Below the pieces are notes generated by a model, which saw nothing but the letters and a program-made list of their open reading frames with translations, did no database searches and was not told where the DNA came from. Shown piece after piece: positions 61,901 to 64,000 of a stretch of DNA of 64,000 nt. Made by a program: the position numbers and the translations under genes. Within the stretch, counting starts at the first letter, position 1, and each line of letters begins with the position of its first letter. Origin of the DNA: Haliotis rubra (lineage: Eukaryota); assembly GCF_003918875.1 (NCBI RefSeq), contig NW_025765359.1, forward strand, positions 620,001 to 684,000. Reading direction: 5' to 3'.

Positions 61901-63926
61901 TTCACAGAGCACCTTCCATGTTCTGTGATGCTTCACAGAGAGTGGAAGGTCTCTCATCTCTCTTGTTCATAACCGCCTGGAGAGTGGTGGTGTAGTGGTT
62001 AGTCCGCCTGGGGAGTGGAAGGTCGATCCCGACCGCGGAAGGTGTAGTGGTTAGGCGTTCGAGAGTGGAAGACCGTTTGATCGACCGCGCCATACCAAAA
62101 GAGCGTTAAAATATGGTACTTGTTGGTCCCTGTCTGGCGCTCGGCATTAATGGGTACAATAAGGACTGGTCGGTTCGGAGTCAGTATAATGTGTCTGAGT
62201 GGGGTATTCATGCTTCACTGCGGCATGGTATCTCAGTGGGCTAGCACTATAAAACCAGCTTCAGTCTTGGCTAGTACAAGCAGCCGCACACATACACATA
62301 CACACGCATGCACGTCGTCATATGAGCGAAATATTCTCAAGCACGACGTAAAACCCAATTTCACCTCACCTCACCTCACCTCACCTCTTGTTCATATTTC
62401 TTATGACACCCATAGAATAGGTACACATCAACCCATGCTTGTATGTGACAACTAGATAATCCACAAAAATATCGGTGTCCTTTTATATTTCAGGGAGTCT
62501 CTCTCTCTCTGTCTTATAATGTCCACAGAGATGCAAGGTTAGAATTGGTCCCTAGCAACGTATGCTTGTTGAATAAGACAACCAAATGGACCAGGTTGTC
62601 AGGTCAATGATTCGGTTGAATCTGTGTCATAGTACCCCATTGTCATTTGACTTTGTTCATAATATGAACCATCTGACCTTGACAAGCAAACAACAAATAA
62701 TGAGCCCAATAAACAAGTCCTCCAAGGAGCTGTTCCTGTTGTCATGTACCCACATTCATAGGTCCGACTTCATTCCTGCTAATCTCACTTCCAGCCAAAC
62801 CATCAGTGCCAGGCGTGCCGTCCCCTGCTCATATCGGCAGAAGCTTCGTGGAGCTGAAATGGGACAAACCAAGATTGGACGGTGGCAGCAAGATCACAGG
62901 TAGGGGCAAAATGTGTATACTGACCACTGTCATTCAAAACGAAATAATCAATACTTTACCACCCTCAATAATTATTTAGTCGCAGGATTCATCAGGCTTA
63001 TTATGCCAACATGAAGCAAAAGGGTGAAAGTAAAAATACGGCAAATCAAGGCCCACTTGCTTTATCTTCTTCAATGATATGCCAAAACAGAGTGGGCAAA
63101 GTTAAAAGGGTGAAGATTAACAGAGCAAGGCAAGGTCCAACAAGCATTATTTCCTTCAATGATTGGGCGGTGGGGTAGTCTAGTGGTTAAAGCGTTGGCT
63201 CGTCACGTCGAAGACCCGGGTTCGAATCCCCACATGGGTACAATGAGTGAAGCCCATTTCTGGTGTCCCCCGCCGTGATATTGCTGGAATATTGCTAAAA
63301 GCGGTGTAAAACCATACTGAGTCAGTCAGTCAGTCAGTCAGTCCTTCAATGATACACAAAATCAGAGAGTGCAAAGCAGAAATACTAGAAAGTTTGGTGG
63401 TGGGTTTTTTTGGTTTATGTAGTTATATATTTTTTTTTTTAGTTTCCTAAATGAACCAAAATGTGAACTGCAAATGGAATGATGTTTTCCAAAAGATACA
63501 ATGTGTGTAGAGATATTGAGTTTTTCTACTTTGCAAACTTTTGGAATAATTTTCTTTCAAGTCCTCCTGAAGAAGCGGCTTACAAAACTAGCCTAATCAT
63601 ATGGCTTGTATACTTGTGACTCCAACTACCTGTTCTAGACAATGCTTCTCAGAGGTAACGTTAACACAATTAGTCCAATGCTCTGCTTCAGAATCCATAT
63701 CCACACGTCACATATTTTGTATTTCCAGGTTACATTGTCGAGAAGCGTGAGAAGGGCTCCACCTACTGGACAAAGGCCACAGACTACCCATGTATCGACA
63801 ATGAATACACTGTAGCCAACCTACCCGAGAACGCTGAGTTTGAGTTCCGAGTTATTGCTGTCAACGCAGCCGGAAAGAGTGAGCCAAGTTTGGAGTGTGC
63901 TCCAATCAAAATCAAGGAGAAAATTG
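7677..63926 (+). CDS. unc-22: Twitchin (UNC-22/projectin-family Ig/Fn3 giant muscle protein), internal multi-exon portion; 5' and 3' ends outside window
   Basis: ~45 exons join with consistent phases into I-set Ig and Fn3 domains in the order Ig-linker-Ig4-(IgFn2)2-IgFn3-IgFn2-IgFn3; the linker has DFRSLL and RRASLAECIPDWPTL, like the molluscan twitchin D1 site. Confidence 0.95.
7903..8115. repeat. tandem repeat spanning an exon-intron junction
   Basis: TTTGACAAGTGATGTCATTA units; TTAAGGGTAAGCTG occurs three times. Confidence 0.88.
8461..8506 (+). CDS. unc-22: twitchin exon, linker with DFRxxL motif (DPKDSALDFRSLLKHR)
   Basis: ttttag|AT, AG|gtact, phase 1-2 fits both neighbours. Confidence 0.9.
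8535..8694 (-). mobile_element. SINE family A
   Basis: reverse-strand core and (CACT)n tail; flanking TAACACTTTA repeat. Confidence 0.85.
8750..8903 (+). mobile_element. SINE family A, diverged
   Basis: A/B-box remnants, core CCCATTTCTGGT, tail ACTCATTCACTCAC. Confidence 0.8.
8967..9130 (+). mobile_element. SINE family A
   Basis: TAGCCTAGTGG A-box, B-box-like GGTTTGATTCC, family core. Confidence 0.88.
9133..9492 (+). mobile_element. tRNA-derived SINE family B (central domain resembles Meta/MESC-type SINEs), inserted in the tail of a family A copy
   Basis: tRNA head (TGGTGTAGTGG, GGTTCGATCCC), CATACCAAAAGACGTTAAAATATGGTAC core, (TCACC)n tail, TSD CTCAGTCAGTCAAA. Confidence 0.9.
9562..9620 (+). 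CDS. unc-22: twitchin exon, linker (DTGKKEEEDDGVDWGNLKP)
   Basis: tttcag|G, G|gtgagt, phase 2-1. Confidence 0.9.
10330..10735. repeat. minisatellite, ~20-bp unit, degenerating 3'
   Basis: CAATGTGTTCATGTTAAATA and TTGACACAATGTG variants. Confidence 0.88.
11898..12065 (+). mobile_element. SINE family A, full length
   Basis: A and B boxes, (CAGT)n tail, TSD CTAGTAACAACA. Confidence 0.92.
14340..14437 (+). CDS. unc-22: twitchin exon, linker with PKA motif RRLS (VDKKGRRLSQIEMMRKGLKKVEKAEGSDSEEEK); GC donor
   Basis: ctag|TG acceptor with upstream CACTAAC, AAG|gcaagt donor, phase 1-0. Confidence 0.85.
14859..14870 (+). CDS. unc-22: candidate 12-nt twitchin microexon (MLKK)
   Basis: actttcag|ATGTTGAAGAAG|gtgata in a phase-0 intron; weak donor. 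Confidence 0.3.
16396..16674 (+). mobile_element. compound SINE family A (one copy nested in or duplicated within another)
   Basis: core present twice, two tails, outer TSD CTCGGCATCCTCA. Confidence 0.88.
16776..16865 (+). CDS. unc-22: twitchin linker exon, probable cassette (ERYERERFSYTRREKVERIEVSTEYADLDK)
   Basis: pyrimidine tract + aag|GAG, AAG|gttaaa, 90 nt open, phase 0-0, charged protein-like composition. Confidence 0.7.
17867..18049 (+). CDS. unc-22: twitchin exon carrying the D1 PKA phosphorylation site (QKESARRQSVE...TRRASMQMRRASLAECIPDWPTLSKRHVIKE)
   Basis: 183 nt open, phase 0-0, tag/cag acceptor, GAG|gtataa; resembles the Mytilus D1 peptide (RRPSL..IPDWP, recalled); absent from the ORF track. 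Confidence 0.9.
20269..20501. mobile_element. MITE with 16-bp TIR and 5-bp TSD (hAT5-like)
   Basis: CAGGGGTGGAAATAAC...GTTATTTCCACCCCTG flanked by GACAT on both sides. Confidence 0.85.
21052..21319 (+). CDS. unc-22: twitchin exon, Ig8
   Basis: EPDKFLKELDDV...VRWFKN...EDGGKYTCQC...LYVE; cag|GAG, G|gtgag. Confidence 0.93.
22134..22274 (+). CDS. unc-22: twitchin exon, Ig9 N-half (+1 frameshift at 22210-22212)
   Basis: AKEPEYYFTQKLP...GML/ECFISDPRARVKWYKGDEALE; one extra G breaks the frame. Confidence 0.88.
22401..22570 (-). mobile_element. SINE family A, full length
   Basis: TSD CATTAAACAGGA, intact A/B boxes on the minus strand. Confidence 0.92.
23229..23579 (-). mobile_element. SINE family B
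   Basis: near-identical reverse complement of 9133-9492. Confidence 0.9.
24009..24014 (+). CDS. unc-22: candidate 6-nt twitchin microexon (IK)
   Basis: ttcag|ATAAAG|gtaagt, upstream ACTAAT and U-rich tract, phase-0 intron. Confidence 0.55.
25101..27314 (-). CDS. nested antisense gene, exon 2: protein with tandem divergent ubiquitin-like (beta-grasp) domains and basic C-terminal tail
   Basis: 737 open codons; ttacag|AAG acceptor; UBL motifs such as MTVLQLKFRLQQERGLAMERLDLLFKDQPLENRQYLFNYRIGKSSTIFV and ETVAAFKKRVEMKSGLSLSNYKLTLAGEEF. Confidence 0.88.
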   Translation of the reverse strand, partial: KRRERQRKLEAIQRDDDSDDGLYHSSLLDGLDLDGVLGQQLVMWSYKDPDTLNLYTPVISDDLSTILRLTKETLQYDQRIHKLMMLKPGTNHPMDISQFYKVESGAAILIMPKELVKVNIEIKQLNMKFEMEVELFMTVLQLKFRLQQERGLAMERLDLLFKDQPLENRQYLFNYRIGKSSTIFVMVHILYDMLVHVETFWGSTYHLYLDPCMTGMNVIWTVLRRTVTKNTPDIMALFDLYLPKHTLVLYHKRKVVNWSTCLGYYRVDDNDTLKLSTIGLYHKLSVQKMPITDDAGKVHTVKVSQFDRWSTVALKLHGIIGVSVNLIRIFRGGKEVDFSETLKKQTYRTPAITMDLSLSNADPDVLYGVSLKFKLGDDVTEILKVSSKRSVRSVKAILEQLGVPNASVYDMYLGDYKLSNRERIVTAVEDLRTHVNLKLTQYPVFIHTTQNVIYKMHAYAQETVAAFKKRVEMKSGLSLSNYKLTLAGEEFDEGDELAVFDTRIGIKSSLFLRPRLYCDVFFILYDNYLLKVKVPPKPKARDIKQLLWKEMALPSGALASVGTFLQWYYTGRSSPTFAHGGRRAGAPRGYHFVDPSAALQPRQVEDYEDLQDDIRQMHRRKEDFEQTYPYKPEKAESDPVMKMFNEKERLFDRLKGRSFSYPAKLFPSYESVKQKNKHARKHKGHGSADDYERKRLKRRAHGQPRWFNSFDKRRNKKLMAPRSQEEIYHLRKLMVNA
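27738..27806 (-). CDS. nested antisense gene, coding exon 1 (MYGIYHDNPLELRDPRGRRVKER)
   Basis: ATG preceded by in-frame TGA; AGG|gtaagt donor; phase 0 joins exon 2 in frame (760 aa total). Confidence 0.75.
29088..29226 (+). CDS. unc-22: twitchin exon, Ig9 C-half
   Basis: YTPGIYEIQ...DLEGEYTCRCG...LYVE; phase 0-1. Confidence 0.92.
29843..29964 (+). CDS. unc-22: twitchin exon, Ig10 N-half
   Basis: EPEWEFMKKLEDV...VSWFKDEK|gtaag; phase 1-0. Confidence 0.92.
30401..30507. mobile_element. palindromic MITE, PIF/Harbinger-like
   Basis: GGCCTAGATTTTC...GAAAATCTAGGCC, inverted arms of ~50 bp, TSD CTG. Confidence 0.8.
30759..30803 (+). CDS. unc-22: candidate 45-nt twitchin cassette exon (TETGEIVTIKLNTEE)
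   Basis: long GT/T tract, TACTAAT, ctaacag|ACA...GAG|gtatac; open, phase 0-0. Confidence 0.55.
31028..31346 (-). mobile_element. SINE family B, 5'-truncated
   Basis: family sequence, TSD GGGCTGGCTATCTGA. Confidence 0.9.
32570..32714 (+). CDS. unc-22: twitchin exon, Ig10 C-half
   Basis: ELKAGGKFLFEKDGLKRRLVVKNCSIKDDAKYSC...LFVS; phase 0-1. Confidence 0.92.
33098..33239 (+). CDS. unc-22: twitchin exon, Ig11 N-half
   Basis: PDVRFMKKLENKTV...VKWFKNGQPIGDDVR; phase 1-2. Confidence 0.92.
33510..33637 (+). CDS. unc-22: twitchin exon, Ig11 C-half
   Basis: IDITQKGESFKLTIKGAKPTDEAEYKL...VTVQE; phase 2-1. Confidence 0.92.
33708..33870 (+). mobile_element. SINE family A, diverged
   Basis: A/B boxes and core GAAGCCCATTTCTGGTGTCCCC. 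Confidence 0.82.
34124..34216 (+). CDS. unc-22: twitchin exon, Ig12 N-part
   Basis: QPKPPKIDPSAIPKEIFVKKGERIELDIPFV; phase 1-1. Confidence 0.92.
34448..34641 (+). CDS. unc-22: twitchin exon, Ig12 C-part (-1 frameshift near 34527)
   Basis: GAPLPRAQWAKDG...ETSK/HTKLIIPDAQRTDTGTYELSLTNEAGSD; one base missing. Confidence 0.88.
34797..34937 (+). CDS. unc-22: twitchin exon, Fn1 N-half
   Basis: DKPGKPKGPLDV...LLWDKPKDDGGAPITHYLVEK. Confidence 0.93.
35190..35348 (+). CDS. unc-22: twitchin exon, Fn1 C-half
   Basis: KWEPV...LTPGHKYQFRVAAVNSEGVSE...AKDPW. Confidence 0.93.
35556..35707 (+). CDS. unc-22: twitchin exon, Fn2 N-half
   Basis: DPSDPPGTPEIIDYDKD...DGGAPIQSYAVEYREKGTEEWKK. Confidence 0.93.
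35854..36004 (+). CDS. unc-22: twitchin exon, Fn2 C-half
   Basis: GTDVPG...GLKEGKEYEFRVKAKNKAGLSE. Confidence 0.93.
36028..36280. repeat. minisatellite, 23-24-bp unit
   Basis: CACCTTATATCCTTTACAGTTCA, about 11 copies. Confidence 0.93.
36522..36648 (+). CDS. unc-22: twitchin exon, Ig13 N-half (-1 frameshift at 36527-36529)
   Basis: VKP/RINHQDVTKKIQIKAGQPFSIPVTYIGEPAPKATWTVKGL if CCC is read as CCCC. Confidence 0.88.
37589..37730. repeat. minisatellite, 19-bp unit
   Basis: CACTGGGTGTATTCGTGAC repeats. Confidence 0.85.
37871..37879 (+). CDS. unc-22: candidate 9-nt twitchin microexon (DEP)
   Basis: tgtgcctttttgcccaacag|GATGAACCG|gtaagt; phase 0-0. Confidence 0.65.
38078..38520. repeat. minisatellite, ~30-bp unit
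   Basis: TGTTCAGAGGTAACATTGTGTTACTGTGTTC, about 14 copies. Confidence 0.93.
39192..39209 (+). CDS. unc-22: candidate 18-nt twitchin microexon (MGPPGS)
   Basis: ctttcag|ATGGGACCTCCTGGTTCT|gtaagt; phase 0-0; YCAY cluster downstream. Confidence 0.65.
39221..39325 (+). promoter_or_regulatory. dense YCAY cluster (candidate Nova/Pasilla splicing enhancer)
   Basis: about 15 TCAC/TCAT/CCAC/CCAT tetramers in ~105 nt directly after the 39192-39209 microexon donor. Confidence 0.55.
41205..41517. mobile_element. head-to-head inverted pair of tRNA-derived SINE family D
   Basis: GGCTGAGTGGGTTAG A-box-like and GGTTCAAACCC B-box; arms are reverse-complementary; related copies at ~43520-43790, ~45815-45960 (-) and ~53812-53950 (+). 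Confidence 0.75.
42499..42670 (+). CDS. unc-22: twitchin exon, Ig13 C-half (copy 1)
   Basis: AGTEIPLEPSEKVAI...RKDTGLYTITVANKHGQD...VVVL; phase 0-1. Confidence 0.9.
43247..43352 (+). CDS. unc-22: twitchin exon, Fn3 N-part (copy 1)
   Basis: GPPSRPSGPLAVKDVTKDSATLSWKPPPDDGGNDIT; phase 1-2. Confidence 0.9.
44772..44943 (+). CDS. unc-22: duplicated twitchin exon, Ig13 C-half (copy 2)
   Basis: identical to 42499-42670 with intact splice sites. Confidence 0.85.
45527..45632 (+). CDS. unc-22: duplicated twitchin exon, Fn3 N-part (copy 2)
   Basis: matches 43247-43352 apart from a synonymous CTG/TTG change. Confidence 0.85.
46152..46345 (+). CDS. unc-22: twitchin exon, Fn3 C-part
   Basis: NYRVEKFDTKKGKWEKV...HEYKFRVIAENRNGESEPLE...AKNPF; phase 2-1. 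Confidence 0.93.
46726..46898 (+). CDS. unc-22: twitchin exon, Fn4 N-half; GC donor
   Basis: DEPLPPGQPQITDTDRNHIDMKWDPPEDDGGAPVTSYDIER...APVE|gcaagt. Confidence 0.9.
47427..47556 (+). CDS. unc-22: twitchin exon, Fn4 C-half
   Basis: GNTYKDDKVSEGKEYEYRVIAHNEAGGSAPS; phase 0-1. Confidence 0.92.
47837..47985 (+). CDS. unc-22: twitchin exon, Ig14 N-half
   Basis: EAPKVSLDNLFGAKEIRVRAGEPLDI...PTVEWLRNG. Confidence 0.93.
48150..48419. mobile_element. MITE, PIF/Harbinger-like
   Basis: GCCCCGATTTCT..AAACTTAAGT / ACTTAAGTTT..AGAAATCGGGGC TIRs, TSD CTG. Confidence 0.8.
48703..48833 (+). mobile_element. SINE family A, diverged, abutting a twitchin 3' splice site
   Basis: GGGGCGGTGGGGTAGC head, (ACTC)n tail 7 nt before the exon. 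Confidence 0.82.
48841..49084 (+). CDS. unc-22: twitchin exon, Ig14 C-half + Fn5 N-part
   Basis: ARMTNNE...RGDTGKYSIKVKNAHGED...LDKPAAPDGPL...WKPPTDNGGAEVT. Confidence 0.93.
49158..49308. mobile_element. MITE, Tc1/mariner-superfamily-like
   Basis: 20-bp TIR CCGTATATTACCGTAGATAA...TTATCTACGGTAATATACGG followed by TA; internal GGCTTATCTA repeats. Confidence 0.8.
49456..49647 (+). CDS. unc-22: twitchin exon, Fn5 C-part
   Basis: YVIEKCEEG...GLKEGKTYQFRVKAENIYGTGEP...AKNPF. Confidence 0.93.
50015..50119 (+). CDS. unc-22: twitchin exon, Fn6 N-part
   Basis: DAPDAPRDL...LEWKPPLSDGGNPVT. Confidence 0.93.
50631..50825 (+). CDS. unc-22: twitchin exon, Fn6 C-part
   Basis: YAVEKRERGRDW...EFRVMAVNEAGPGKPS...RDPI. 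Confidence 0.93.
51112..51414 (+). CDS. unc-22: twitchin exon, Fn7
   Basis: FPAGSPTQPNVDKITKNSVGLSWNKPTSDGGSKLTGYVIEK...YSFRIRAVNGAGLGEPS. Confidence 0.93.
51852..52009 (+). CDS. unc-22: twitchin exon, Ig15 N-half
   Basis: EKPKMDMTGVRDITVKAGQEFQIKIPF...ATWKLG...RTTFK; phase 1-0. Confidence 0.93.
52525..52730. repeat. degenerate ~25-bp minisatellite
   Basis: CACATGTGTGATCTACCTGTATATT variants. Confidence 0.75.
52763..52786 (+). CDS. unc-22: candidate 24-nt twitchin microexon (ILDGKGPK)
   Basis: ttgttttgcatgtgtctag|ATTCTAGATGGTAAAGGTCCCAAG|gtcagt; phase 0-0. Confidence 0.55.
53217..53383 (+). mobile_element. SINE family A
   Basis: full length, TSD TCATAAAATA. Confidence 0.9.
54513..54778. 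other. assembly gap (266 N)
   Basis: run of N. Confidence 1.
55455..55578 (+). CDS. unc-22: twitchin exon, Ig15 C-half
   Basis: LGEDLAVLAVAKSKREDAGRYSLTLKNPSGSE...VNVL; phase 0-1. Confidence 0.92.
56017..56320 (+). CDS. unc-22: twitchin exon, Fn8 (+1 frameshift at 56178-56179)
   Basis: DKPKPPKGPI...WQKVS/SFVSSPKCTVRNLEPGEKYEFRIMAEN. Confidence 0.9.
56707..56857 (+). CDS. unc-22: twitchin exon, Fn9 N-half (in-frame TGA at 56715-56717)
   Basis: DPP*APSSPKSIGTTEDSITLSWNPPKRDGGAEILGYQVEKREKG; Gly expected at the stop. Confidence 0.88.
57203..57442 (-). mobile_element. SINE-like family C (3' tail related to family A, (AAAC)n end)
   Basis: related fragments at ~6350-6500, ~23140-23228, ~23600-23715, ~43410-43495, ~56370-56450 and ~62520-62700. 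Confidence 0.7.
57564..57715 (+). CDS. unc-22: twitchin exon, Fn9 C-half
   Basis: ANVSDINDTEYTVKGLQDGKDYEFRVCAVNAAGPGE. Confidence 0.93.
58116..58263 (+). mobile_element. SINE family A, diverged
   Basis: GTGGGGTAGCCTAGTGGTTAAAG head and GGAATATTGCTAAAAGCGG tail. Confidence 0.82.
58346..58464 (+). CDS. unc-22: twitchin exon, Ig16 N-half
   Basis: APKINRDFAIRDVVAKVGEPFKISIPFNGRPIPTAAWTQ. Confidence 0.92.
58627..58672. repeat. (GAT)n microsatellite just upstream of a 3' splice site
   Basis: about 15 GAT/GAC triplets followed by GTGTTGCAG. Confidence 0.95.
58681..58846 (+). CDS. unc-22: twitchin exon, Ig16 C-half
   Basis: GGLTVHETDRV...KGDTGKYTVLLTNEKGSDSISLNVTVF. Confidence 0.92.
59370..59452 (+). 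CDS. unc-22: twitchin exon, Fn10 N-part
   Basis: DAPCKPEGPLDVSEVTPDSCILKWSPPK; phase 1-0. Confidence 0.92.
59966..60185 (+). CDS. unc-22: twitchin exon, Fn10 C-part
   Basis: EDGGSPISNYIVEKQD...GLTEGHEYNFRVSAENEHGISEPLE. Confidence 0.93.
60299..60461 (+). mobile_element. SINE family A
   Basis: full length, TSD TATTAGGCAAGTT. Confidence 0.9.
61293..61481 (+). CDS. unc-22: twitchin exon, Fn11 N-part
   Basis: TPDPPSTPEVLDVDDGSVTLSWARPKNDGGKKIQGFVIEYK. Confidence 0.93.
61739..61852 (+). CDS. unc-22: twitchin exon, Fn11 C-part
   Basis: EGLKKDAELEFRVRAKNSAGLGEPS...IKPKY. Confidence 0.93.
61972..62384 (+). mobile_element. SINE family B with rearranged, duplicated 5' head
   Basis: family body, (TCACC)n tail, TSD CTCTTGTTCATA. 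Confidence 0.88.
62795..62899 (+). CDS. unc-22: twitchin exon, Fn12 N-part
   Basis: KPSVPGVPSPAHIGRSFVELKWDKPRLDGGSKIT. Confidence 0.92.
63164..63341 (+). mobile_element. SINE family A
   Basis: full length, (CAGT)n tail, TSD TCCTTCAATGAT. Confidence 0.92.
63729..63926 (+). CDS. unc-22: twitchin exon, Fn12 C-part
   Basis: YIVEKREKGSTYW...NLPENAEFEFRVIAVNAAGKSEPS. Confidence 0.93.
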
Positions 63927-64000
63927 GTATGTAAAATACACCTTCACTGGCTGAATGGTTGCTATTTCATTTGTGACATTCAATTTAGTCTTTGTCAGTA

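Noticed and set aside
7677-63926. Titin or obscurin identity
   Set aside because: The D1 linker motifs and the Ig/Fn order fit molluscan twitchin; the kinase domain that would confirm this lies outside the window

Overview
Eukaryotic, AT-rich genomic DNA, most likely from a mollusc (inferred from the twitchin architecture and SINE families). The window lies entirely inside a large + strand gene for twitchin (UNC-22/projectin family giant muscle protein). I could splice about 45 exons by hand with consistent phases. They encode Ig7, the D1 linker (DFRxxL motif plus several PKA sites), Ig8-11 and (Ig-Fn2)2-Ig-Fn3-Ig-Fn2-Ig-Fn3, which matches the motif order I recall for Mytilus twitchin; domain numbers below follow that analogy. 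Both gene ends lie outside the window. Main points beyond the host gene: (1) an intact two-exon antisense gene nested in one intron encodes a ~760-aa protein of 5-7 tandem divergent ubiquitin-like domains; (2) each of the four longest introns in the Ig/Fn region holds frame-preserving candidate micro/cassette exons (6, 45, 9+18 and 24 nt) that would insert peptides into Ig-domain loops, with splicing-regulator motifs beside them; (3) a ~2.3-kb SINE-bounded tandem duplication copies two exons; (4) two GC-AG introns; (5) four single-base frameshifts and one in-frame TGA are probably assembly errors. Introns also carry at least four SINE families, several MITEs, minisatellites and a 266-N gap. 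All calls come from reading the sequence; no database searches were run.
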